Positions 29,181-40,166 of a DNA stretch of 64,000 bases are shown piece by piece. Numbering within the stretch: the first letter of the stretch is position 1; each line of letters opens with the position of its first letter. The stretch lies in the IMG/VR virus record IMGVR_UViG_3300023174_000097, positions 1-64,000 of that record; one strand, 5' to 3'. Under the pieces are notes generated by a model, which saw nothing but the letters and a program-made list of their open reading frames with translations, had not been told where the DNA came from and ran no database searches. A program made the position numbers and the translations under genes. The DNA comes from a virus.

Positions 29181-32100
29181 TGTCTTTAAAAGAACTATTT
29201 GGAAAAAAATCAACAAAAATATTAGCTTCTACTAACTTTGAAGATTTATCTAAAGATGTAGAATCAACTGAATATATCGTTCAAGAATTAGAAGAACGTA
29301 AACTAATAAAACCAGAGATTGATTATACTGATCCTAAAAATTTTGCTTTCTTTGGTTCTGCAAATAAATATTATACAGACGCTATTGAAGGAATAGCTAA
29401 AAAATATCCATATGATGGAAGCGCAGCAGAAAAGTTAAAATGGACAAAAAACGCTTCGGATCTACAAAATTATATTTTTGAAAATGATTATCCAAGAAAT
29501 AATGGATATATAAATTTAGGATATATTTACGGTTCAACTTTAAGCATATCGTCGGACAACTATTCTGAACCTAATGATAAAGAATATATTTCAATAAAAG
29601 GTGGACCAAATACAGCACAAGATGTTAATTCTCTCAAGGCTTCAAAATTATTTGGAACTTCAAACATATTAGATTCAAATGAAAATAGAGAAAGTAATTT
29701 ACTTTTAGATGGAGATAAAGGTGTAACTGTTGAGTTTTGGTTAAAGAAAAACGATCTAAATGGAAGTAGTAAACAAGTAATATTTGATCTCTGGAATAGT
29801 AGTAGTTTTGGTAGTGATTATGGAAGATTTAGAATTGAAATACATCCTGGAATATCCGGAGAAGAAAACAAGTTTTATATTGAATTATCCTCTGGCTCAA
29901 CAGGTATTTCAAATTTTTCAATAGGACAAGATTTAAGTATTAGTAGCGCAACATGGCAACATTATTCTTTGTCTGCCATCAATAGTGGAAGCAACATAGA
30001 ATTCAAACTTTTCTTAAATGGAACATTGAATGAAAAAGTAATAACTGGAACCTCAATATCAAGAGTATATGGACCAATGCTTGGTTGGATAGGTTCGCTC
30101 GGTACTCAAGTAGATGGTGGTAATGCCGGATTGGGATACGGAAAATTATCAGGTTCTTTAGATGAATTTAGATATTGGAAAACAAAAAGAACAGAAAAAG
30201 AAATTTCTCGTTTTTGGTTTACAGATATTAATGGTGGAACAAATACCGATACAGCTAATACTAATTTAGGTGTATATTATAAATTCAACGAAGGTATTTA
30301 TGATACTTCTTCCACGGATACAAAATATGATAATAAAATTTTAGATTATTCCGGAAGATTTTCCAATGGATATTGGACCGGCTATGTATCCGGAAGTCGT
30401 TCCCAGAATTCAGCTATGGTCGAGTCAGGAGCCTCTCAGAAAGAGTTTAAAGACCCTGTAATATATCTAACTCATCCGGATGTTCAAAGCTTGTTAACTG
30501 AAAAACAAGAACTTGGAACGTTACACGATAATAATAATAATTCAATGATCTATTATACTATTCCATCATGGATAGTTGAAGATGATCAAGAGAATAATAG
30601 CAATAAATTATATGAATTAACTCAAATAATTGGTTCTTATTTTGATGAATTATTTATTAAAATAAAATATTTGCCATCAATAAAAGAAGTATCTTATAAA
30701 AATGGAAGATCATTTCCTTATGCAATGAAACTTCTTGAGTCTATGGGCTTTATGACACAAGATTTATTTACCAACTCAAGTTTGTTGGAAAATATGGCAA
30801 ATAGAAATGAAAATGTTTTATATGATGAAAGATTATTTAATGTAAAAAATCATATATATCAAAATATATACAATAATTTATCATACATTCAAAAATCAAA
30901 GGGCACAGAAAAATCAATAAGAAATTTATTGAGATGTTTCGGTGTTGATGAGGAATTGATAAGATTAAGCATATATTCAAATGATTCTGTTTATACTTTT
31001 GATGATAGATTTTTAAATACGTATTATAAAAAGAAGATCATAAATTTCAACGATCAAGATAGAGTTCAGGGAACAATCTACCAAATGACATCAAGTTTGG
31101 ATCCGAATTCTACTTCTTATATACTTGGCAATTCAGAACTTTCTTATCATGGCTCTACTTTGGAAGCAGAAATAATTGTACCTTTAAACTCTTCTCAATC
31201 TGATAAGGTATATTTTCCAAAAAGTTTTTTAACTTCTTCTATTTTCGGAATCCATTCTGCAAATACTGTTGCGCCGGCAGATACAACATGGTTCGGTTCT
31301 GATTTGTCTAATCTTGAGGTTTATATTGTAAGACCAGATATTCTTTCAAGTGATGGACATTTTCAAATAACATCTTCTTATCTTGGCATTAATTTAACTT
31401 CTTCTTTGATAAGAGATTTATATACAAATCAAAAATGGAATTTGGCAATTAAAATAAAACATGAAAAATATCCAAATAGTCTAAAGGTAATAGGTGCTAA
31501 TGTTGGCGATTATCTATTTGAGTTTTATGCGATTAATACAATTCAAGATTTTATACAGCAAGAAATATACTTAACTTCTTCTATTCCTCAAACTATAGCA
31601 GAAAATTATTTTGCTGATTCCAAAAGAATATATGCCGGCTCACATAGAGAAAATTTCACCGGTTCAATAATACATAATAGCGATATAAAACTATCAAGTG
31701 TTAGATACTGGCTGTCTTATCTTGATGATGATACTCTCAAGCAACATGCAAAAGATCCAAAAATATTTGGTCAAAATTCACCAATATCAAACATTGAAAC
31801 ATTGTATAGCGGGACAATAAACGAACTTCCACAACAGAAAACTCTTGCACTACATTGGGATTTTAATAATGTGACAGGTTCAGATAATGGTTCGGGAGTT
31901 GGACCTGCAAATTCATTTGATGCTAAATTTACAGTATTAGATATTTCAAGTGGTTCACTCACAAATGATTATGGAATAATAGGTCAAATAGTAAACAAGA
32001 CATATACTGCAGTTGGTGACTTCTTTTTTAGAAATAATAAAGATATGGTTGAAAATGGATACATCTCTATAGCAAAACATAGACTCCCAGAGAATATGAT

Positions 32101-32875
32101 GAACTCTGATTTGATCAATATTCTAAATCAAGATGATGAAATTTTTACAAGAGAATCAAGACCTGTAAATTATTATTTTGCTCTTGAAAAAAGTATGTAT
32201 CAAACAATCTCTGAAGAAATGATAAAATTCTTTGGAACAATAACTGATTTTAATAATACTATTGGTAAACCTCAGTATCGTTACGAGAGAGAATACAGAG
32301 AATTAATAAAACTAAGACAACTATTTTTTGAAAATATATCTAATTCTCCAGACTTAGAAAAATACGTTGATTACTTTAAATGGATTGATATTGCTATAAC
32401 AAAAATGGTTTATCAATTAATGCCAGCAAGTGCTGATTTTTCACCAGAAATTTCAGATATTGTTGAAAGCCATGTTTTAGAAAGAAATAAATATCTTTGG
32501 AAATTACCATCAATAGAACTCGGAGCAGAACCTCCAATAAGCTCAGTTAAAACAATTGGAGAATTAAAATATAATTGGAAATATGGTCATGCACCAATCC
32601 CACAAAAAGAGAACACAAATTGTATTTGGTGGAAAGAAAGAGCAGAAAGAAGTAGCAATTTAAATGGAATATTTCAAGTTTTATCAACAGAATATAAAAA
32701 GAAGTTTACAAGAGTCACAGATTTTGGTACAGATATACAAATAAAAATTGATAAGAATCCGATTTCTGTAGATGTTATAAAACCTGCAACAAAATTTGGA
32801 TCGGGCGGATATTTAGAGATTGATGTACTTAATCTACTTGAAATCACTGAGAAAAAAGATTGTTCTGACGAATAA
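29180..32875 (+). CDS. Virion structural protein with LamG-like domain
   Basis: TVEFWLK, WQHYS, GSLDEFRYW, YYKFNEG; also KSKGTEKSIRNLL. Confidence 0.7.
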   Translation: MSLKELFGKKSTKILASTNFEDLSKDVESTEYIVQELEERKLIKPEIDYTDPKNFAFFGSANKYYTDAIEGIAKKYPYDGSAAEKLKWTKNASDLQNYIFENDYPRNNGYINLGYIYGSTLSISSDNYSEPNDKEYISIKGGPNTAQDVNSLKASKLFGTSNILDSNENRESNLLLDGDKGVTVEFWLKKNDLNGSSKQVIFDLWNSSSFGSDYGRFRIEIHPGISGEENKFYIELSSGSTGISNFSIGQDLSISSATWQHYSLSAINSGSNIEFKLFLNGTLNEKVITGTSISRVYGPMLGWIGSLGTQVDGGNAGLGYGKLSGSLDEFRYWKTKRTEKEISRFWFTDINGGTNTDTANTNLGVYYKFNEGIYDTSSTDTKYDNKILDYSGRFSNGYWTGYVSGSRSQNSAMVESGASQKEFKDPVIYLTHPDVQSLLTEKQELGTLHDNNNNSMIYYTIPSWIVEDDQENNSNKLYELTQIIGSYFDELFIKIKYLPSIKEVSYKNGRSFPYAMKLLESMGFMTQDLFTNSSLLENMANRNENVLYDERLFNVKNHIYQNIYNNLSYIQKSKGTEKSIRNLLRCFGVDEELIRLSIYSNDSVYTFDDRFLNTYYKKKIINFNDQDRVQGTIYQMTSSLDPNSTSYILGNSELSYHGSTLEAEIIVPLNSSQSDKVYFPKSFLTSSIFGIHSANTVAPADTTWFGSDLSNLEVYIVRPDILSSDGHFQITSSYLGINLTSSLIRDLYTNQKWNLAIKIKHEKYPNSLKVIGANVGDYLFEFYAINTIQDFIQQEIYLTSSIPQTIAENYFADSKRIYAGSHRENFTGSIIHNSDIKLSSVRYWLSYLDDDTLKQHAKDPKIFGQNSPISNIETLYSGTINELPQQKTLALHWDFNNVTGSDNGSGVGPANSFDAKFTVLDISSGSLTNDYGIIGQIVNKTYTAVGDFFFRNNKDMVENGYISIAKHRLPENMMNSDLINILNQDDEIFTRESRPVNYYFALEKSMYQTISEEMIKFFGTITDFNNTIGKPQYRYEREYRELIKLRQLFFENISNSPDLEKYVDYFKWIDIAITKMVYQLMPASADFSPEISDIVESHVLERNKYLWKLPSIELGAEPPISSVKTIGELKYNWKYGHAPIPQKENTNCIWWKERAERSSNLNGIFQVLSTEYKKKFTRVTDFGTDIQIKIDKNPISVDVIKPATKFGSGGYLEIDVLNLLEITEKKDCSDE

Positions 32876-32889
32876 TGTGGGAGTAAATA

Positions 32890-35800
32890 ATGACTGATAT
32901 TAATACGAGAGGTAAACTTCCGTTTACTGTTGTAAGTTCTTCTGTTAATACAGGATATGCAGCGGAATTAACCTCTGCTGTCGGACAAAATATTGAATTA
33001 GTAAATCATCATAGAGATGAATACGGTCAATTAGAAAACTCCCCATTACAAGGCCCATTTACAAATCAACATGTTGGCGGCAATCAACATCGTCACGCCA
33101 ATTTAAATATTGGAACAGATAATAGTGATAATAGAGCAGAAGGATATTTTGTTTCTGCTTCTGCAAATTCAATTAAAATATATGGTCCAGATATAAAGGG
33201 TATAAATAAACCAAGATCGTTATTGACAAGAGACTTTACAGCAAAATCACCGGTTAATATTAAAAACATTCAAACAAGTGGAAATGTTGCAGGTAATTTT
33301 GAATATAATTATCAAGTTGTTCAAAATGTTGGTCGCGGTTTAAATAATAATTTAATTGTTGATGGATTTGAAGCGAGTGGAAATTTAACAACTCAGTTCG
33401 TTTCAAGTTCAAAACAAATATATACTTTACCAGACATAACGAGAATTGATGCCGAAGGTAAACAATATAAAGATAAGACAACAATCGTCCAAAGATTTAA
33501 TGCGCCTGGTGGCAAAGAAGTCAGTTCCAGAGGCGCATTAGATAGAGAAGGTGAAGAATTAGCACCAAACAATTCTCTTACAACAAGAAATATTAAAGTT
33601 AGACAGCCTTATTATGATCGTCTAACCCAACATTCAGTTAAGCCATTTTTATCAAAATTAAATTCTTTAGATACTTCTTTGGTAAACGGAAACATTTATC
33701 TTTCATTAACATTTGGAAATGATGGTCTATCATTATATGCAACAGTTGCAAATGTCACATATCAATTTAATTTAAATAAAAAATATGATTTATCTACTGC
33801 ACAATATCATACAAGTTTCTCATATGTTGTTGGTTATGGCGCAGGTATTGCTTTTGATAATACAGGCAAATTTTTATATCAAGCAGGGACTTCTGGGATT
33901 ATAAAATTATATAACTTATCTTCTCCTTGGGACATAAATACTGCCACGTATACATCCGATTTAAGTGGATTTAACATCAACATATCTGGAATAGTATTTG
34001 CTGATAATGGAAATAAATTTTATACTATTTCTTCTACATCAAAAATATTAAATTGCTACAACTTAACAACTCAATGGGTTCCAAATTCTGCAGATCCAAG
34101 CACCACATTCACCTTAGATTCTGGAATACAAATATCTACTGGTATTGCTGTAAAAAATGATGGAAAATATATCTATTCTACAGATAGATATGATGGATGT
34201 GTGTATGAGTATGCCCTATCAACACCTCATGATGTTAGTACTGCCATTTTTTCTAAAAAACATTTTTTAGGTATAAAAGAAGCAGAAAATTTTGATTTAT
34301 TTTTAGATCAAGAAACCAATCAAAGATTGTTTATTGTAGATCGTACAAATAAGAGAATTGATTGTTATGTTAATTTTATTAACGATTATGTTACTGAAGA
34401 AAAAGTTAACAAAAATTCATTCTATAGGTTAAAACAAGGTCTTGTATCTAATAAATTCACGACTTCTTCTGTAAATGATAATTTCTGGGTTCAACATGCT
34501 ATACCTTCAACCGATCTGAGATACAAATGGATTGCTGATTCTGTAAGCTCAAGTCAACAACCAATTCAATATCAAAGTTATAATTTACCATATAGTACAA
34601 GTAGTTTTTACAACTCTAATGGTGCTTTTGAAGATTTGCAATTCGAATTAACCGGTCCTTTTGGAGATCATCTTGGTATTAGTGGTGCTATTGATAAAGA
34701 TGAAATGTTTGTAAGTACATATACAAATACGATGTATAGAGATAGAAAGTATTTTAGATTTACAACAGATTCAAATCAATTTTCCATAGATATGAGCAAT
34801 ATAAGCTCAAAAATTTCAAATAAAAATTTTACCATTTCTTTTTGGATTAACATACCTTCTAATCCTTCTGATATAGGGCCATTTCCAATTTTGTGGTATG
34901 GAAATTCAAGTGGAGAAAATATATTTAGATTTAATTACAAATTTGGTAGTACATATAAGTTCGAACCATTTTTGCAATCATCCATAAAAACAGTTAATAC
35001 AAAAAAAGTCATAACAGCCGATTATGATGATGGTAAGTGGCATTTATTAACTTTGGTTAATAACAAGGGAACACCTTCTATAACTTCGTTATTCCCTTTT
35101 AATTCTCAAACAACAAAAGCAACTACGAATTTAATAACCACAAAAGTATATTTAGATGCAGGTTTGATATACGAAGCCACACAAACTGATACTCAAATAA
35201 TCATAGAACATTTAAAAATAAACTCTTATTCTGCAACGTTACAGAATTTACTTATTAGTGATATATTAATTTGGGACTCTTCTTTGACAGAAGAAGAAGT
35301 TTCTAATTTATTCAGAATTACTAAAACTGAATATGGACAATTTCCTAAAAAATACAATCAATATAATTTAAATAAAGACGTTATTCCCCAACCAATCCAT
35401 GTATATTCTTCAAAACTTGATGAAGTTAATGGCACATTGTTTGATGAAATAGGAGGAATTGACGCAAGTTTAAATAATTTTACATCATCTTTTCACTTAA
35501 AGCCACAAAATACCGGAATAATAAGTTATTCAACTTATTTCAATGGTCCATATCAAGGTGCAAGTTGGAAATCAATAAGAAATAACGAACACCCGATAAC
35601 AAGAAAGTTAACAACAGAAAATACAAATATTGTTTCTGTTGTTGTGCCAGAAGGTCCACATGAAGTTTTTAAAACAGTAATGGGTCAACAAATAAGGTAT
35701 ACTCTTCCGGGTTCAAGAAAACAAGGCACTATTTTAAATATAAAAGAAAGCCCGGTTTATATAAACAATAAGCCATTGAAACATAAATTTATATTAAAAG

Positions 35801-38800
35801 ATTCTCCTAATCAAAATATTGGTTTTGAATTAACCCATACTTATGCAAATAATTTGCAATATTTTGCAGATAAAAAATTAAATGATGCATTAGGTTTGGG
35901 TAAAAAAGAACGACAAATATATGATACATTATTAGAATATTACAATGGCTCAGTTGATCAAAATGAAAATCCAATAGAAAGATTTGTTGGGTATACTTAT
36001 GCTGAAACAATATTTCCAAAACAAGGTCAAGCATTATTAAAAGATGTTCGCCAAAGAATTGATTATATTACAGACGAACCCGGCTATGGTTTGGATGGAT
36101 ATGATAGACAATTAGGAACTCAAAGAGCATTCTGGAGAGACAACAAAGAAGACAGAATGAGAACTGCAAAATCTTACATTACTTCACTTGGAGAACAATA
36201 CGATAGTTCCTATGATAATTTTCCTTTTAAAACTCCAAGTATTGCAGCACTTGAATACGTAACCAGTTCAGTATCTTTGGAATATAAAATATCTGATTTT
36301 GCTAATATCAAGCGTAGTTTAATTGATTTATCTTTTAAGCAAAGCGCAGAGTTAAATAGAAATTTTTATTACATAGATACAGAAGTTATAATAAATCCAT
36401 TTCAGCAGTATTATTCCATATCTTATCCATCAGAGCAAGTACCTGAATTGTATTTATTTAGAGATACCCTCTCAACCTCGCGAGATCAATATAATGTAGT
36501 TTTAGCCAGCGGATTGTATCCTCTGGTAAAAACAACCGATCCATCTTCTTTAAGAGCATCTCCTTCAATGGTGTATCTGCACGGTAGTAGAATAATAACT
36601 GGTAGCATACAAGGTCAAAAAACAGCAGAAGCCGTCTATAAAGAGAATACGTATGATCTTGGCTTAAATCGATTTACAGAAATACTTTCTGGTAAAAATC
36701 CATGGTATGATTGTTATCAAGATTATTATCAAGATGTAAAAAATTTATCAAACGATAATTTAATAACCTATTCAACATTACCAGAATTTAAAATATCAGA
36801 TAATATAAAAAATTTAGTTGAAATTTATTCCGGTGATATAACAAAGATTACTTTAGATGATTATGATGATGGATTAAATTTTATTAATAAAGATTCTGTA
36901 GAAAAAGATAACGATCAATTTTCTCAAAATAGTCTGATAAAATTTAAAATTAATACTGTTAAAAAATTACTTCCATATAATGGTTTCTATCCACAAGACA
37001 GAAGTATCCAGTTAGTTAATTATTTTAAACAATCATATCTGGATACAAATGCCATAGATGGTGGTCTTTTCCTCACAGGAACAAACACAGAACTAATATT
37101 CCGTGAAGATGAAGACAAATTGGTAAATTTTTTAAAGCAATCTTCTTTTTTGGAACCATTTTATTCACCTGGTATATTTTATAATTTAATAAAATCCGGT
37201 ATTGCAACAGATTGGGCGGTTTATACTGGTTCTCTACCAACTTCTTCATTTTATGTTCCATTAAGTGAAAGACCAGCAAATAGAATTTCTTTTGAATCAA
37301 TATTAGATCTTAAAGATATAGCTTTTTCTTCTTCTCTAAAAAATAAAGAAAATCGTTATATTAAACACAAAGAAATTTCAAATGAATATGATGCGGGAGA
37401 TTATGGAGTAGGCGGTTCCATTTCTTTTCAAGGCTTTTTTGAAAGAAAAAGCATCGGTTCTCCTCTGTATTCACTTGCTATTCATAATTTTTTAGCAGAA
37501 ACTATTAATTTCTTCTTAAAGGATTCTAAGTTAAATTCGTTTATATCTGCCCCAGAAACATCATATATAACATTTGATTCTACAAAAACATATTATATGG
37601 ATGTTGTTTTGCGTAAAAAAGATATTGTAATGTGTGAAGCGCATTCCTCATCGTTATCTTACAATTTTGGTAAAATGAGTGGAAGATATTTTGGTCCATC
37701 TTTTTGGACAGGTTCAGCAGCAGATGAGACAAGAATAAGCAATAATACGGGATTACCCGAATTGCTAAGAGATCCCGGATATTGTATGTATGCTCCTCCA
37801 TATTTTTATGGAGATTCTATAGCTCGTTTATCTTTTAAGCCAGAATTAGATACAGCTTATAAATTAGATGATATTCTTTCAAATTTAAAAATAGAAAATA
37901 TAAATACTGGATTTCTTGATGATACTATTTATCCTTCTGGTTCTTTATATTCTTCTTTCGTGATGCCAGTCGAATCCTCGGTCACTATTAAAGGAACAAT
38001 TGAAGATAGGCAACAAACAGTAGACCCAAATACCGGTGCAAGATTAAGTATAACTAATAATACTGGAATAAAAAAATGGGTAATTTCTTCAAAAATGGAA
38101 ACACCTGTTTTGGATTTTAGCAATCAAGATTTCGTAACTTCAAGTAACATTTTACCAAAATCATATCCTGATTTTTATTTAAACTTATTAACGTCCGACA
38201 TCCATACTCCCCCAACCGCTTCTGGTTTTGGAAGAGGCATGTGGAGTGGTTATGGAAAAATTATAGAAAACGATCAAGTATTTGGAACATTAGATAAGGG
38301 TATATTTATTGAGCTAAAAGAAAGCTTTCCTGAGAAACTTTCAAGTCAATATGATACTTCTACCCTAACATTTAGGGAAACAAATACAGGATCTCTCTTA
38401 CAAGCTTGCGGTTTTCACAAAGTGAATAGTAAATTATCTAACAAAATAGGTGAACTTGCAGATTCAAGAGAAATATCGGAAGCAATCGTAATAATACCAT
38501 ATAGTGATAGTACAAGGGCGCAACAAACTGTTCGTATAGAAGGTCACAATTTCTTTAAAATTGAAAAAGAAATTTTTAGCAAACAATTACAAAACATATC
38601 AAGCAGCAAATCTGCTGTTTTGTCTGGTGATTTTGGCTCAACAGAAGATATAGCAGAAACAAGTATCAGTAAAATGATACAAAAAATGAGCAAATATATT
38701 ATTCCTCCTAACTTTGATTTTATAACAAATTCAAATATAAATCCGTTTGTTATGTATATTGCGGAATTTACAAGCACTCTTGATAAGCAAGACCTTGCTG

Positions 38801-39132
38801 ATATTTGGCAAGGAGTTATGCCAAAAATAGCAACAATAGCTGAAAGAGAAGAACAAATCATTTCGCATCAAAACAGCATACACGACTTCTTTCATGGAAA
38901 AGGTTTGCCAAAAGATGTTAAATTTATGATCTTTAAAGCAAAGAAGCGTGCAGAGATTAATTACTATAAGATGACTGCTGATTCAACTGACGATGGTTTC
39001 TTCCCTACAATTCAAGCAGGTAGACCATCATCTCCATATAGTTTTAACTGGCCATACGATTATTGTTCTCTTGTAGAAACTGCAAGAGTTGATGTAGAGA
39101 TAGATTATGTTAGCGGGAGTAATAATATATGA
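32890..39132 (+). CDS. Large virion/tail protein with beta-propeller-like repeats and LamG-like domain, 2080 aa
   Basis: Repeated GI.F...G..(F/Y)Y / Y.LS.PWD..TA units; FTISFWI...DGKWHLL. Confidence 0.7.
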   Translation: MTDINTRGKLPFTVVSSSVNTGYAAELTSAVGQNIELVNHHRDEYGQLENSPLQGPFTNQHVGGNQHRHANLNIGTDNSDNRAEGYFVSASANSIKIYGPDIKGINKPRSLLTRDFTAKSPVNIKNIQTSGNVAGNFEYNYQVVQNVGRGLNNNLIVDGFEASGNLTTQFVSSSKQIYTLPDITRIDAEGKQYKDKTTIVQRFNAPGGKEVSSRGALDREGEELAPNNSLTTRNIKVRQPYYDRLTQHSVKPFLSKLNSLDTSLVNGNIYLSLTFGNDGLSLYATVANVTYQFNLNKKYDLSTAQYHTSFSYVVGYGAGIAFDNTGKFLYQAGTSGIIKLYNLSSPWDINTATYTSDLSGFNINISGIVFADNGNKFYTISSTSKILNCYNLTTQWVPNSADPSTTFTLDSGIQISTGIAVKNDGKYIYSTDRYDGCVYEYALSTPHDVSTAIFSKKHFLGIKEAENFDLFLDQETNQRLFIVDRTNKRIDCYVNFINDYVTEEKVNKNSFYRLKQGLVSNKFTTSSVNDNFWVQHAIPSTDLRYKWIADSVSSSQQPIQYQSYNLPYSTSSFYNSNGAFEDLQFELTGPFGDHLGISGAIDKDEMFVSTYTNTMYRDRKYFRFTTDSNQFSIDMSNISSKISNKNFTISFWINIPSNPSDIGPFPILWYGNSSGENIFRFNYKFGSTYKFEPFLQSSIKTVNTKKVITADYDDGKWHLLTLVNNKGTPSITSLFPFNSQTTKATTNLITTKVYLDAGLIYEATQTDTQIIIEHLKINSYSATLQNLLISDILIWDSSLTEEEVSNLFRITKTEYGQFPKKYNQYNLNKDVIPQPIHVYSSKLDEVNGTLFDEIGGIDASLNNFTSSFHLKPQNTGIISYSTYFNGPYQGASWKSIRNNEHPITRKLTTENTNIVSVVVPEGPHEVFKTVMGQQIRYTLPGSRKQGTILNIKESPVYINNKPLKHKFILKDSPNQNIGFELTHTYANNLQYFADKKLNDALGLGKKERQIYDTLLEYYNGSVDQNENPIERFVGYTYAETIFPKQGQALLKDVRQRIDYITDEPGYGLDGYDRQLGTQRAFWRDNKEDRMRTAKSYITSLGEQYDSSYDNFPFKTPSIAALEYVTSSVSLEYKISDFANIKRSLIDLSFKQSAELNRNFYYIDTEVIINPFQQYYSISYPSEQVPELYLFRDTLSTSRDQYNVVLASGLYPLVKTTDPSSLRASPSMVYLHGSRIITGSIQGQKTAEAVYKENTYDLGLNRFTEILSGKNPWYDCYQDYYQDVKNLSNDNLITYSTLPEFKISDNIKNLVEIYSGDITKITLDDYDDGLNFINKDSVEKDNDQFSQNSLIKFKINTVKKLLPYNGFYPQDRSIQLVNYFKQSYLDTNAIDGGLFLTGTNTELIFREDEDKLVNFLKQSSFLEPFYSPGIFYNLIKSGIATDWAVYTGSLPTSSFYVPLSERPANRISFESILDLKDIAFSSSLKNKENRYIKHKEISNEYDAGDYGVGGSISFQGFFERKSIGSPLYSLAIHNFLAETINFFLKDSKLNSFISAPETSYITFDSTKTYYMDVVLRKKDIVMCEAHSSSLSYNFGKMSGRYFGPSFWTGSAADETRISNNTGLPELLRDPGYCMYAPPYFYGDSIARLSFKPELDTAYKLDDILSNLKIENINTGFLDDTIYPSGSLYSSFVMPVESSVTIKGTIEDRQQTVDPNTGARLSITNNTGIKKWVISSKMETPVLDFSNQDFVTSSNILPKSYPDFYLNLLTSDIHTPPTASGFGRGMWSGYGKIIENDQVFGTLDKGIFIELKESFPEKLSSQYDTSTLTFRETNTGSLLQACGFHKVNSKLSNKIGELADSREISEAIVIIPYSDSTRAQQTVRIEGHNFFKIEKEIFSKQLQNISSSKSAVLSGDFGSTEDIAETSISKMIQKMSKYIIPPNFDFITNSNINPFVMYIAEFTSTLDKQDLADIWQGVMPKIATIAEREEQIISHQNSIHDFFHGKGLPKDVKFMIFKAKKRAEINYYKMTADSTDDGFFPTIQAGRPSSPYSFNWPYDYCSLVETARVDVEIDYVSGSNNI

Positions 39133-40154
39133 CCTTTTTTAATCAAAAAGAAGAAGTAATACAAATTGAATTAACTCAATATGGAAAACATTTATTATCC
39201 AAAGGAAAATTAAAGCCAACATATTATGCCTTTTTTGATGATGATATAATCTATGATGCAAAATATGCCGGCGTAGATGAAAACAATGGAAGTGCTGTAG
39301 AAAGAATAAAAAGTGTTCCAAGACCAAAAGTTCAATATGTTTTTACTGGAATTGAAGAACAAGTAAAGAAAAATTTAGAATTAATTAAATCTGGTAGAGA
39401 AACACTTGATTCTCTTAATCTTGTTCCAACTGCCGATAAACACCATGTTTTAAATAATAGAATCGGAACTTCTTTTTTGGGAGATAATAAAGCTCCATCT
39501 TTCAATATTACTATGTTAAATGGTGAAATACAATCTACAACTTTATTACAAACAGGCTCTCTGGATACTAAGCCATTAATAAAAATTCCTTTATTAGAAT
39601 TAAAAGATGTAGATTATATTCTATCAGAAAAAAGAGTTGGTAATAATATACCTTCAACTGAAGGTGTAACTTATCTTTCAAAATATGATGATGGAACAGC
39701 TATAGCTTTGGAAGAAGATTATCTTCTGATTGAAATTGTTGAAAAAAATGTTGAAAACGAAATGAAAAATTTTGATATAGAAATGTTTATGTGTGAACAA
39801 AATCCGGTGACAGGCGAAGAAAGCTATACTCCATTACACTTTGATCAGAAATTTGAAGATTATAAAAATGGTATTTTATTAGATCCGAAAATTGTAGACA
39901 TAGAAACTGATGGTATTTTAAACGAACAAAAAAGTAATGATCAATTTAGAGCTGAAAACTTTTTTGAAATATTAATTGATAATGAAATTGAAAAAAATCT
40001 TATTTGCAAATTAATTAGTAAGATGAAAGATCGTACTCTTTATGACCCGCTTTATGATTGTTCCGAATACCAAGAACAACAGCGTGTTAATCAACAGACA
40101 GCTTCAGATTTGTATTCTCCATCTTATAACGAAGATGATGTTAAAAATTGCTAA
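39129..40154 (+). CDS. Putative virion structural protein
   Basis: N-terminal LT.YG...L.KG......AF.DD.I.Y, similar to 46915. Confidence 0.65.
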   Translation: MTFFNQKEEVIQIELTQYGKHLLSKGKLKPTYYAFFDDDIIYDAKYAGVDENNGSAVERIKSVPRPKVQYVFTGIEEQVKKNLELIKSGRETLDSLNLVPTADKHHVLNNRIGTSFLGDNKAPSFNITMLNGEIQSTTLLQTGSLDTKPLIKIPLLELKDVDYILSEKRVGNNIPSTEGVTYLSKYDDGTAIALEEDYLLIEIVEKNVENEMKNFDIEMFMCEQNPVTGEESYTPLHFDQKFEDYKNGILLDPKIVDIETDGILNEQKSNDQFRAENFFEILIDNEIEKNLICKLISKMKDRTLYDPLYDCSEYQEQQRVNQQTASDLYSPSYNEDDVKNC

Positions 40155-40166
40155 CGAGGTATAAAA